The position numbers were made by a program, and so were the translations under genes. The notes under the pieces were generated by a model, which was given only the letters and a program-made list of their open reading frames with translations, was not told the DNA's origin and did no database searches. DNA of 64,000 nucleotides. Source: Antedon mediterranea (lineage: Eukaryota; Animalia; Echinodermata). Shown one piece after another: positions 42,424-56,027 of the stretch (positions within the stretch are counted from its first letter, which is position 1; every line of letters begins with the position of its first letter). The DNA is taken from contig NC_092670.1 of the NCBI RefSeq assembly GCF_964355755.1, forward strand, positions 14,928,795 through 14,992,794. The letters run 5' to 3'.

Positions 42424-43049
42424 GTTATAGGTAATAAAGGATGCCTATCATAGTCAAATGGCAATAACTGATTAGCCGAGACCAATGACATTTAAAACAA
42501 CTCCTACTTAAAATTCCCTACTTATACAGTACAGCAGCTTTTTGATTGGCTGCAAGTTTAGTTTTCTGTTCGTTCATCAGAAATGGTATAAATAATTATT
42601 AATCAATAAGATTACTGGATTTCTTTAGTATTTCTGACACATTTCCAATCTTAATTGAATTATTAATGTAATGGAAATTGGTCATAGGCCTATTATAGCA
42701 ACATATCATTTCTGGAAGAGTATTACGGTCTGTATAGATCGATGTTAAAACACACGTCCTCATTTATCAAATAATTCATTCACTGCACATTTATTCTGTT
42801 AAGAAGAACTGGGACCCTCAATAGAAGCCAAAGCATGTCTCATGATGGCCTCTACAATACATATCAAACATAAAAAGATATGGAATATTTTTATTTTTAC
42901 AACGGCACACGTTCATCATAAACGATGCGTTCTTAAAAGTATAAATTTAAACAGCAAACGGATACAAATCAATAGGGTGATTAGGAACAAAAGAATAACA
43001 TATTTTCAAAACCCATCGACTCGATCTCTTGTATACAGTAAATCTAACA

Positions 43050-46000
43050 AAATCACACTGATCATACTATCCAACATTAAGTATTAATAATTATTATTGA
43101 TTAGGTAGATAATAAAAGATGCGTTATATCAATTTATGAATACACAGATCATATCCAACAATGTGATATAGATTATTAATAATAATTTTTGATGAGGTAG
43201 ATATTTAAAGATGCGTGCTCAGTTATCAAATTATGACTACACTGATCATATCCAACAATGTGATATAAGACATTAATAATAATTATTGATGAAATAGATA
43301 TTTAAAGATGCGTGCTCAGTTATCAAATGACGACTACACTGATCATATCCAACAATGTGATATATGATATTAATATGAATTATTGATGCGGTAGATATTG
43401 AAAGATGCGTGCTCAGTTATCAAATTCTGACTACACTGATCATATCCAACAATGTGATATATGATATTAATATAAATTATTAATGAGGTAGATATTGAAA
43501 GATACGTGATCAGTTATCAAATTCTGACTACACTGATCATATCCAACACTGTGATATAGATTATTAATATTAATTAATGATGTGGTAGATATTAAAAGAT
43601 GCGTGCTCAGTTATCAAATTCTGACTACACAGATCATATCCAACAATGTGATATATGATATTAATATAAATTATTATTGAGGTAGATATTAAAAAATACG
43701 TGCTCAGTTATCAAATTATGACTACACTGATCATATCCAACAATGTGATATATGATATTAATATTAATTAATGATGAGGTAGATATTGAAAGATACGTGA
43801 TCAGTTATCAAATGACGACTACACTGATCATATCCAACAATGTGATATATGATATTAATATAAATTATTGATGACGTAGATATTAAAAGATGCGTGCTCA
43901 GTTATCAAATTCTGACTACACTGATCATATCCAACAATGTGATATATGATATTAATATAAATTATTAATGAGGTAGATATTAAAAGATGCGTGCTCAGTT
44001 ATCAAATTCTGACTACACTGATCATATCCAACAATGTGATATATGATATTAATATAAATTATTAATGAGGTAGATATTGAAAGATGCGTGCTCAGTTATC
44101 AAATTCTGACTACACTGATCATATCCAACAATGTGATATATGATATTAATATAAATTATTATTGAGGTAGATATTAAAAGATATGTGCTCAGTTATCAAA
44201 TTCTGACTACACTGATCATATCCAACAATGTGATATATGATATTAATGTAAATTATTAATGAGGTAGATATTTAAAGATGCGTGCTCAGTTATCAAATTA
44301 CGACTACACTGATCATATCCAACAATGTGTATGTAGATTATTAATTGATGCGGTAGATATTTAAAGATGCGTGCTCAGTTATCAAATTATGACTACACTG
44401 ATCATATCCAACAATGTGATATATGATATTAATATAAATTATTATTGAGGTAGATATTGAAAGATGCGTGCTCAGTTATCAAATTATGACTGCACTCATC
44501 ATATTCAACAATGTGATATAGGATATTAATAATAATTCGTAATGAGGTAGATATTGAAAGATACGTCCTCAGTTATCAAATTATGACTACACTGATCATA
44601 TTCAACAATGTGATATATGATATTAATATAAATTATTAATGAGGTAGATATTTAAAGATGCGTGCTCAGTTATCAAATTACGACTACACTGATCATATCC
44701 AACAATATGTATGTAGATTATTAATTGATGCGGTAGATATTTAAAGATGCGTGCTCAGTTATCAAATTATGACTACACTGATCATATCCAACAATGTGAT
44801 ATATGATATTAATATAAATTATTATTGAGGTAGATATTGAAAGATGCGTGCTCAGTTATCAAATTCTGACTACACTGATCATATCCAACAATGTGATATA
44901 TGATATTAATATAAATTATTAATGAGGTAGATATTGACAGATACGTGATCAGTTATCAAATGACGACTACACTGATCATATCCAACAATGTGATATATGA
45001 TATTAATATGAATTATTGATGCGGTAGATATTGAAAGATGCGTGCTCAGTTATCAAATTCTGACTACACTGATCATATCCAACAATGTGATATATGATAT
45101 TAATATAAATTATTATTGAGGTAGATATTAAAAAATACGTGATCAGTTATCAAATTATGACTACACTGATCATATCCAACAATGTGATATATAATATTAA
45201 TATTAATTAATGATGTGGTAGATATTGAAAGATACGTGATCAGTTATCAAATGACGACTACACTGATCATATCCAACAATGTGATATATGATATTAATAT
45301 AAATTATTGATGACGTAGATATTAAAAGATGCGTGCTCAGTTATCAAATTCTGACTACACTGATCATATCCAACAATGTGATATATGATATTAATATAAA
45401 TTATTAATGAGGTAGATATTAAAAGATGCGTGCTCAGTTATCAAATTCTGACTACACTGATCATATCCAACAATGTGATATATGATATTAATATAAATTA
45501 TTAATGAGGTAGATATTGAAAGATGCGTGCTCAGTTATCAAATTCTGACTACACTGATCATATCCAACAATGTGATATATGATATTAATATAAATTATTA
45601 ATGAGGTAGATATTAAAAGATGCGTGCTCAGTTATCAAATTCTGACTACACTGATCATATCCAACAATGTGATATATGATATTAATATAAATTATTAATG
45701 AGGTAGATATTGAAAGATGCGTGCTCAGTTATCAAATTCTGACTACACTGATCATATCCAACAATGTGTATGTAGATTATTAATTGATGCGGTAGATATT
45801 GAAAGATGCGTGCTCCGTTATCAAATTCTGACTACACTGATCATATCCAACAATGTGATATATGATATTAATATAAATTATTAATGAGGTAGATATTTAA
45901 AGATGCGTGCTCAGTTATCAAATTACGACTACACTGATCATATCCAACAATGTGATATATGATATTAATATAAATTATTGTTAAGGTAGAAATTAAAAGA

Positions 46001-46520
46001 TACGTGCTCAGTTATCAAATTCTGACTACACTGATCATATCCAACAATGTGATATATGATATTAATATAAATTATTAATGAGGTAGATATTTAAAGATGC
46101 GTGCTCAGTTATCAAATTACGACTACACTGATCATATCCAACAATGTGATATAGATTATTTATATTAATTTTGATGCGGTAGATATTTAAAGATGCGTGC
46201 TCAGTTATCAAATGACGACTACACTGATCATATCCAACAATGTGATATAGATTATTAATAATAATTATTGATGATGTAGATATTAAAAGATACGTGCTCA
46301 GTTATCAAATTATGACTACACTGATCATATCCAACAATGTGATATATAATATTAATATTAAAATTGATGACGTAGATTCTAAAAGATGCGTGCTCAGTTA
46401 TCAAATTATGACTACACTCATCATATTCAACAACGTGATATAGATTATTAATAATAATTATTGATGAGGTAGATGTGAGATGCGTGCTCAGTTATCAAAT
46501 TTTAACTACACTGATCATAA
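43050..46520 (+). repeat. 97-bp satellite array, right arm (~36 copies, homogeneous)
   Basis: GATGCGTGCTCAGTTATCAAATTCTGACTACACTGATCATATCCAACAATGTG recurs with 97-bp period (e.g. 43889, 43986, 44083). Confidence 0.97.
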
Positions 46521-47608
46521 TACTGTACACATAGTCCTTATGCAATTAGACATTGATTTAGTAGTACTACATATCATTTGTTAAATTAAGAATGTTGTTT
46601 CTGTGTTATTAAAAAACTTATTAAAATTTTTTAAAGTAAAAATATCAGTATTGATACCTATAAATTTGTATATCATAATAACATGCTTGATATTATAATA
46701 ATGTGTTCTTTATTACAACTAAGAAACAATTATGTACGAGGATTATACACACTGATAGCTCTCAGTTATCAATAAACGACTACACAATATAGCTCCGCTC
46801 GCTCGACTTTTTTCCCTCAAAACAAAAAAATGGCTCCCAACTATAATAGAGGGCGATATTTTAAAATTTTCTTTAAAAATGCACTGCATTGTACTCGAGA
46901 AGTTCCGCCAAAAGTTGATTAGGTTCATCTAATCTAAAATATAAAATATATATAAAATATAATATATAACATTCCTCTCAAAGTGTTTATATTATATTAT
47001 TATATAAAATTATTTATATCCATCGTTGATAATGTTTATTGTTACTCTAAAATAAAATAGGCCTACATTAGTTTTTTTTTTTTCAAATTATGATTTTTTA
47101 TATTTTATTTATTATTGTTATTAACTTCGTTTATAAAGGGTGGAAATCGTAGCACTTAAATAAACACATAAAACAAACATAAGGCACAACAAAATTACAA
47201 AAAACAGAAGAAAAAAAAGACGAATCATAAATAAGAAAAAACGCGTTCAAGACACCTCGGGAAAATGAAGATGTACTACATCATAAGATTATACTAGCAT
47301 AGCTTTATAAATGCAAGTAATACATTAATGAAATTTAATACAACAAATACAACGATTTATGTTTTAGTTAGAGGGAACGACAACAGATCTTGGATGGAAA
47401 AAATATTAGTTTTATACCTTGGAATCTCTAGCTCATGTCATAATGAATAGGGATAATCCTGTACCCAATTTTAAATGTTCCTTCCTCCTCTATTCCTTGG
47501 CATCACACGGATAGAAAGAACAAGGATATCTAATTTTATTCTAATTTAGAAAAACAACAAAAGTTTTTAGAAGGTTGTATTTTTACGAGGTTGCTCCTTC
47601 TCTCATAA

Positions 47609-47710
47609 TTATGAATTAGACTTTTGCGAAATTGGCATTCCATAGTCTTCAATCCGTTTTATGAATTAGACTTTTGCGAAATTGGCATTCCATAGTCTTC
47701 ACTCCGTTTT
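47609..47710. repeat. 50-bp tandem duplication just upstream of SNF8
   Basis: TTATGAATTAGACTTTTGCGAAATTGGCATTCCATAGTCTTCA(A/C)TCCGTT x2; contains ATTGG (reverse CCAAT). An ETS-like CCGGAAC lies at ~47749. Confidence 0.9.
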
Positions 47711-47800
47711 TTTTCACAACACACAATATAGGCCTAGGCGCCTAGATACCGGAACTTATCATCTCAATAAATTGCTTAAAATACAGCAATAGTTGTCAAA

Positions 47801-48602
47801 ATGAGACGGGGTGGACCAGGACTTGGTGCTATTAATAAAAAGAAACTTGCACAGGTCAATAAACAGTCCAACAACTGTGTTGATTGTAATTACTATAGCA
47901 CTAGGTCTAGGCTACCCAGCATAATTTTGTTATTGATTGGAGAGAGCCAGGCAATTTAGGCCACAATTTACACGTTGTCTAATTTCGTAGTCGTTTCGTA
48001 CCTGTAAATTCGACTGGCCGGGTTAATGTTCAAACATAGGAATGTCGCATACCACCTACCAACTAGGCCTAATCAATAACTAATTAGAATTATAATTATT
48101 AATATTTTGAAACCATTTTTTTGCTTCCAGGCGAAATACAAGAACAAGGGAACTGAAATTGCAGAGGACCAGTTTGCTCAGATGACCAAACAATTGGAGG
48201 TTTTCAGAAACAATTTAGAGGAATTTGCTGCCAATCACAAGAATGAAATCCGAAAAAATCCAGCATTCCGAACACAGTTCCAGGAGATGTGTGCCAGTAT
48301 TGGCGTGGATCCATTGGCCTGTAGGAAATCACCATAATTATAAGGAATCATGTCAACATTATTATATACTGCAGTAACTGAATTTGTTACCGTACTGCAA
48401 ACATGATTTTGTTTCAATGTAGAAGTTTAGAGGCAGACACTGTAATAAAAAGTGTATATTTACCCAAAAATCTAGATAAATAATTGTATAAACAGGTCTG
48501 AGTAAACAAATATAGTTACTGCAGTAAGAGCAGTAGAATAGTTTTGACATGGTCCCTAAAAATCAAGCATAAACTTACCACCATACATCAATTAATTTTT
48601 GT

Positions 48603-48673
<71 letters not shown>

Positions 48674-49964
48674 CATACTGTAAATTATAGAAACAGTGCT
48701 CATATTTGGAACATGATCTCATAATCGCGTCGAGCATAGCTCATTGGCGTATATATATATATATATATATATGGTATGGTTTTATAGTAAGAGCAAGTAA
48801 ATAGCTTTCAATGAATTTACTGACCAAAGATCTACGTTTTTTTAGCTGGTAAAGGATTTTGGTCCGAAATGCTAGGTGTTGGTGATTTTTACTACGAGAT
48901 TGGTGTTCAAATTATTGAAGTGTGCATGTCAACACAGCACCGGAATGGTGGCCTTATGACTTTAAATGAACTGTTACAAAAAGTAAAGGCAACGAGAGGA
49001 AAAACAAAACAAGCCCAAGATGTTAGTTTGTAAGTATAATATAAATAGATAGTACAGAAATCTGATTTAGCCTTGTCATATTGTTTTTAAACCCAGTATT
49101 TTACAAATATTTTTTGTTAATATATTAAATTAGGGATCATGTCAAAATTACTCTACTGCAGTTACTGAAATCAACTGTTTATACAATTATTCAGCAAACT
49201 TCTTTAAAGTTTTGGAATTTTCAAATACAATTTTCTTACAGAGATGATTTAATGCGTGCAATTAAAAAGTTAAAAATACTAGGAAATGGCTTTGCACTCC
49301 ATCGTTTACAAGATGGCCGCTATTTGATACAGTCTGTTCCTGCTGAACTCAATATGGATCACACTTCTGTTCTGGATAATGCACAGGTAGTTAAATCGAA
49401 TTAAAGTATGTCTTTGTGTGTGATCAATAAAACATAATCTTAATTCTATTTCAATCATAGAAAAGGTTCCATTTAAAAATCTGCACAAGAAAAATGTCCA
49501 TTGCCTGGATTTGAACCAGTGACTTGTCTCATTCAGGACAGGTGGCTTAACTACTAAACCACTTTAATGTTATAGCATATCATTTGAAGAAACATTAAAG
49601 CTTGTATTTTTTCTAAAGACAAATGTATAGTACTAATGTACATTTGTTGTGGAATTTGATGGTATATATGAATTATTAATTATTTTTCAGAGCTGTGGTT
49701 ACACGTCTGTGAACATCCTAAAATCAGAATTAAAATGGGAAACTGAAAGGGCATCTCTTGTCTTAGTAAGTATTTTTGTGCACTTTAACCTCTAAGGCTA
49801 CTGTTTATAATGAAATGGCGTTTATCTGTTGCCCTTTTTCAATTGTTTATTTTTAGGATCATATGGTAAAAGAAGGATTGGCCTGGGTTGATGATCAAAA
49901 CAAAGATGGGAGATTGTTCTGGTTTCCTGGCCTGTTCCCTGATAATGCTTCTACTACCTCCTAA
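47801..49964 (+). CDS. SNF8: ESCRT-II subunit SNF8 (VPS22/EAP30), complete, 251 aa
   Basis: Exons 47801-47854, 48131-48320, 48846-49029, 49242-49386, 49691-49765, 49857-49964. Translation MRRGGPGLGAINKKKLAQAKYK...[41 protein letters not shown]...YLIQSVPAELNMDHT...EGLAWVDDQ...WFPGLF is the typical SNF8 sequence. Confidence 0.97.
48344..48556. mobile_element. PIF/Harbinger-type MITE, same family, in SNF8 intron 2
   Basis: GGAATCATGTCAAC...TTTTGACATGGTCCC inverted ends, TAA on both flanks. Confidence 0.75.
48607..48670. repeat. (TA)n microsatellite
   Basis: Directly visible, SNF8 intron 2. Confidence 0.95.
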
Positions 49965-50829
49965 CTGTGCAAATGTTGTAAAAGATGTTAATCTGAAGTA
50001 ACCTATGTCAAAGTACAAAGCGTCACAGTGTTGGGATGTACATTACAAAATGTAACTCTCCAAATACAGAACTGAGAAAACTAATTGAGTGGGAATAAGA
50101 CTTTTTAGTTTGGCCCAAGTGTCCAGTTTTGTGACAATTGACTACGATCAAATTATTGTACAAAACTAAATTGTGTAGCTGTAGCTGGTGGTTAACATGC
50201 TTGCCTTCCAATCCAGAGGTACAGGGTTGTTACTTTATAAACCAATTAAATTACTGTTGTGAGTTGAGTCTGCTGATAGAATAAGCAAAAATATAAATTA
50301 GTTGTCAATATTATTTATTTACGACAACAATATTAAATATAATTGTAAATAACACGGAAACTTTTTACATGTGAAAATTATCAATACATTGTATCAATAA
50401 ACAAAAACCAAATGAACCTTGCCTCCATTCTTAGTATTGTTTAATCTTTATACATAAACTAACATTTTATTAGAAAAGTAAATTCTCCTATTGCACTGAA
50501 AATTAAAGTTTTAATATAACTTTCTATACATATTTTATTACTTTAAAAAACAAATTCTGTAAATAAAATGATAATTTAAAATAAAACTTTCAAATCGAAA
50601 TATTTAAATGTACAACTAATTTTATATATTTTCAGTATCTCATATGTGAGGGATTTTTTTACTGTGGTATTGTACATAAAGTAAATTATTTTCAGTTAAA
50701 AGTGCTTGTGTGAGCAATATAATTGCAATGGAGAAAAAGTGTGTTAATCAATAATAACAGGACAGGAGGGATAACTACATGTATTTTACTGTACTCCAAT
50801 TATTAAAATAAAACCAATTGAAAATTACA

Positions 50830-52311
50830 TTAGACTTTCAAGGCGTTGGATAAGGCCGCAAGACGCTTTCGAAGTCCTTCCTTTTGTGTCAATAGCTCCT
50901 TTTCAATCGTTTCAGCCTGGGCTAATAAGACATCAAGTTGTTTGAAAGAGAACGTCTCATATTGTTCACTTTCACTGTAAAGAAACAAGCTTGGCTCAGT
51001 TTGGATCATGTGCTTGGTTCCCACTAGGACGCAGCGCAAGTACATAAGCCGCAACGCATTCGAATTGGCCAATCAAATAGTTGGATTATTCAAACTTTCA
51101 TTTTTGATTGGTCAATTCATTTATGTTACGACTTACATCCTTAGGTTGCATCTAAATGCAAACCAAGCTATCATAAGAATTTTAATCTCCAGAAGTTGTA
51201 GCATAACAACCAAAATATCAATACATTTTCAAGCAGACTTTATTTCCATTTGGAACACTTTTAATCTTCTAATATCTGAATTAATAGTTTAAACATGAAT
51301 TAGCAAGTGATCAAATCAAATCATTTTATTTGTCCACATGGAAAAATTGGTTGTTCAAGCATCAAAATAAAAAATATTGTAACATCATTGAAGTATTGAA
51401 GCATTGTAGTATTATGTAGTAGTAGTTATATATTAAAAATACAAATAAAAAACTTACATAAACGTGTTTTTCCATTGTGAAATAGTCATATTGATATCAC
51501 CATTCATCACTATAATAATATGCACAAAAAAAAATTACTAGGTATATTAAATGAAGCCTTTTGACAGAGATAGTAAAATTGTTTTGAATTGTTATTGTAA
51601 TAGTTCTCCCCTCCCTATTTCAAAATCCTAAATCCACCCATGTATTATAAATATTATTTATGTACTGTATTTCTGTTTTTTTGTATTCATGGCATGATCT
51701 ATAAAAAATGTTTCTTTTGCCTTCTCCTGTGTTATTTATTAGGGCATAACTTTATTTGTTAGTGAATACAAACTACGTACGTTTGATAACTTCATTGACA
51801 GATTCGTTTTGAGATGTCAAGCCTCTATGTATTTTGTCAGTGCTTTCTGAACAAGACTGTGGTTGCTGCTGCTTTGTTAGTGACTCCTGATTCTGATGAG
51901 GCAGTGTCTGTTTTTCTTGTTCAGGTGTTGCACCAGAAAACTGCTTACTACTCTTACCCAATGTCAGGTCGATTGACTGTCTTGGAATTTTTCGATATGG
52001 TTCTTTGGTTGGGCTAAATAAATTCTGAAAAAAAATAAATAATTAAATTCCATTAGGGCCTAGTATAGGTAGGAGTAGGAGAATGTTTGATAGGATTCCT
52101 GAAATCAATCACTGAAGTTTTCCTGAGTTTGAGGACAAATATAGGTTAAAATAACAAATACCAAACAAAACATTAAGAAATAAATTACCTTTTCCTTTTG
52201 AGTTAAGGCCGAGGGTAGTTGAAAGTTTTTATCTTGGCTTTCACTCATTCTTCCATGTGTGGACACATTTTTACTAATAGTAATACTACAGCCTTCCTTT
52301 ACTTCTTCCAT
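50830..52311 (-). CDS. TEX12: TEX12-like synaptonemal complex central-element protein, 187 aa
   Basis: Coding exons 52189-52311, 51781-52024, 51458-51509, 50830-50974 (junction phases 0,1,2). The C-terminal 74 aa (NESVNEVIKLMNGDINMTISQWKNTFIESEQYETFSFKQLDVLLAQAETIEKELLTQKEGLRKRLAALSNALKV*) align without gaps to the recalled human TEX12 core ([22 protein letters not shown]...[36 protein letters not shown]). A probable 5'UTR exon ends at the donor at 52741. Confidence 0.75.
51012..51170. mobile_element. Short MITE in the last TEX12 intron; related fragments at ~58133-58180 and ~61565-61690
   Basis: Inverted ends GCTTGGTTCCCACTAGGACGCA / TGCATCTAAATGCAAACCAAGC; internal CCAATCAAA / TTTGATTGG symmetry. 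Confidence 0.55.
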
Positions 52312-55300
52312 GATGATGCAGACTAGCCTAACTAGGCCTATCTAGAGAAAATCCAGTAAAATAATAAATTATTAGATACAATACAAACAAAAACTAGGCT
52401 ACCTATCCTAGCTAAAGAGATTAGCCCTAGCTAGGCCTAATTAATAGGGTTACCGGCTATATGCTAGGTACCTGTGTAGCTACTGTTGTTGGTAGGATCC
52501 CTAACTAAAAAAATAAGACTATTTTTGCCAAGCCCGCCCAGCAGGCTCTTGGCTAGGCCCTATGCCTGTAGGTAGGCAGGTAGGCGTCTAGGCCCTAGGC
52601 CTAGCTTTCTTTTATTTAGACTTTACAGTTGCCTAGGCCTAGGTCTAGCTAGCTAGCTAGGCCTACTAGGCCTGGGCTAGACCCCTCTCTAGTAGGCCTT
52701 AGCCTACTAAGGCCCACCATAAGATAAAGAGAGACTTCACCTACAATAAACTGAACATGGCACATTCAAATTCTTAAAAAGCATGTAATATGCAAAATTA
52801 GGCCTATAAATAAGTATATTATCAATTAAAAGTTAGGCCTAACTAGTCTTACTATACTACTCTTTTAGTTCTATTCAGCACGCGTCTCACACGACCAATA
52901 TCCGCTTGAATTGCATCGAAGAGGAGGAGGGGATCGGAGAGGGATGATAGTAAACTTGTAACCAATCAAAAGTTACTCAATCTCATATGGCACGCCGAAT
53001 ATGCCTTCAGTAAACTTTATGAATCTGCGATTAATTAATTCTAACACTAAAAGGTAGATTTTTTGACAAACAAACACAATATAAACATGTTTTCTATATT
53101 TATATTTGCTTTTAACAAGCGTACAAATTTCATACAAACAGAAACAGTCTAAAATAGCTATATAAACCACTAACTAGCCACAGCATTCTTCCATAAGATT
53201 TCCAGTGCAAGTACATACTCTGAATATTAACACATTCTATGGCCACTGCTAAAACATGACTGTTAACATATTTAGATTTATATTTTCATTAAATCCATTC
53301 AATTCAGTTTAATGCGAAATCCAGATGGGTAGAGCGCTGGATAATCACTGTGGTAGAGGCGCTTACTTCCTCCTTTTAACATCTAAAATGAAATTTTGAT
53401 CTATGTTTTGATATCGGATCTATTTCTTGATATCTGATGTTTTTTTTTATTAACATTATGTTTAGTGCTCCTCCCCCTTAACAAATCCTGAATTCCCTCA
53501 CATGCATTTCTTGGGATGCTATATAGAGTAGTAGGCCCATTTTTAAGTGGTTTGGAAATTTATGATGGCAGATGTAAATGATAACACAGTATGGACGTTA
53601 GTGGTGGCATAAGTATATGGTCAAAATGTTGAATTAAAAATCATCAGTTTTGTTTGTTTGTTTTTTTAAATTATGGTGGTGCTGAAGATATCCTAAAATA
53701 GTTTTCTATTTTGATACTTATATATCAATTAATGATATATTAATACTTTTATATATATATATATATATATATATAATATCGTAGTAAGAACATAGAAGTA
53801 TTGTCTAATGTATTTATACAAAAATAAACTTCTGTCCATACCCAGTTTTAATCATAAGTGAAATAAATATTAAATTAAAATATACATATTACCATGAAAT
53901 ACTATAGTTTAAAAACCTGTTTAAACAATTACTATTAAGTATGGAAGACCTACCAAAACAGCTCTAGAATTTACATAAATCAGAAATGCGACTAAATGCT
54001 TAAGTGAAAAAATTATACAGAGTAGAGAGGGATTGTAACCAAAGACACACAAATGATTATTTCATTCCCCACCTGATTCACTGTATTGTACGACTCTACT
54101 ATCCAGCTTAGCAAAAGAATCTTGTTTTAAAGTTATATATTTTTTTTTTAATTAACCATTATTTTAAAATCTAAGATGACAACACAAACTGCATAACATA
54201 AAAATTCATTCATTTTAATTAACTCATAAACATTTTTTATTTATGAAAAAGATTGATAAATGCCGTTCTGGGGTTAGAATTTTTAATTTGTTGCGAATAT
54301 TGCATATAGTTTAGATCGATATATTTTAAATCTGTACATGAAAGCCAACAACTAAGACATATATTGTATGTAGACTTCCCAAAGTCTGTAGTTATTGTCT
54401 TTCTTATGGTAGTTCAACAGTCGGCGTTTCGATTTTTGTCTGAAAAACTTTGAAAATGTGAGGTCACGCATTATATGTATGAAACGTCATATGTGCCAAA
54501 ATATTTATCTTTTTACTAATTTTGGTCTAGAACCCAGACTAATATATAATGTGATTTTGTACATCAAACACATATTATATTTCACTAATATCAACCAATT
54601 AAATTTTTCCTGTTTGTTAAGCTCTTTTGTTCTGCTTTCCTTTATTTCTCTCCACTGATGCATTTAATCAAGAGTATTTGATTTGAGACATCCTAGGAAC
54701 TAGCACTAGCGTTACATATACCATCATCCATATACAGTATATGTAATGTCATTGTGAGAATGCAGGAACATTGGGACGTGGTTTACAGCTTGATTTTTGA
54801 TACAGTTTTGGTGGACTGGTGGCTTAATTAGTTGATTCTAGGTCTAATGATGACCTATGAAACAACATGCATAGGTCATTGCAAATCAAAATGTCCTTAA
54901 TGTCTGCATTATAACATTCAAGTGTGAACTTTTTGAAGTACCCAACTCATTAACAGATAAAGAAATATTGTTTTCCAAAAGCTTGGCATTTCTCTTTATC
55001 TGCTTCAATTTTGATTTCGCTTCGTTGTTTTTTCATTAACTTTAGTAAATATATATAATGCTATCTATTTGTTCATTGTGTCTACTAAGACTTGTAACCG
55101 GACAAACTTTGTACAACTTTGTTTATAAAACAATAAAATAATTAAATTATTATTCTTTGTTTATTATTATTATTTTATGACCTGTTTTCAATGTATGTAG
55201 TTGTGGGTTAGAAACCTAAGTGATTCAACAAAACGTATTTATGTTGTCATTATATTCTTATGCTATATATCTGACATTTATTGCAATACACAACTAACTG

Positions 55301-56027
55301 AATAAAAGTATGAAAACTAACAAAATCAGTCCCTTCACCAATATTAAATAATCTTATTTTAGTGCTACTTATATTTATCGTAATAAACAGAAAAACTGCC
55401 CACTGTACCAGCATGGTAAAGATTGAGAGTGAAAAGTGTTGCTGTCCCATCATAATAATTGAGAAACTTCCGAGATTATCGGGAAACTTTGAATCTTTAA
55501 GTTGGGGCAACTTACTTCACTCTCGATTTTCTCATTTTTATTGTTAACACAATAAAATAATTATTTTTATTGCGTTGCTTTAACCAAAACCAGCGATGTT
55601 TTGTTTGTATTTCAGTTACCTGCAAAGTTAACTTTTGCCTACAGATACAGTTTGTATACTACAAACATGATAAAACAACTATGCATGTATGTATGTAAAC
55701 TAACTATATGGACAAGGGGCCCTGCAAATACCGAACAAAAATATACTTAATACAGGTATATACAAAACACAATATTAAATTTTTATCTATTAATTTACAA
55801 TATACTGAAAGATATTAGGCAGGTATAATATGACACTGTACAGTAATACTTGACATGCAATAAATACTTATGTATTAACATTCATAACCAATATCAGACT
55901 ATCATTAATTAATATTCAATCATTAATTAATTGCACTCTAAAATCATTATAACAAACACAAATAGAATAGAAGCAATTTCAATTTAAAAATATAAACATG
56001 TATAACGTTCTTTTTTTTTTTTTTGGT

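Noticed and set aside
43050-46520. Regular repeats that superficially resemble a CRISPR array
   Set aside because: The whole 97-bp unit repeats with no unique spacers, there are no cas genes, and the context is eukaryotic: it is a satellite.
49490-50230. tRNA-like pieces at ~49495-49562 (-) and ~50175-50230 (+)
   Set aside because: Degenerate or truncated A/B-box remnants without a full cloverleaf: SINE debris, not tRNA genes.
52890-52970. Two CCAAT boxes and a CHR-like CTTGAA upstream of TEX12
   Set aside because: Plausible, but the motifs are too short to support in AT-rich DNA without TSS data.
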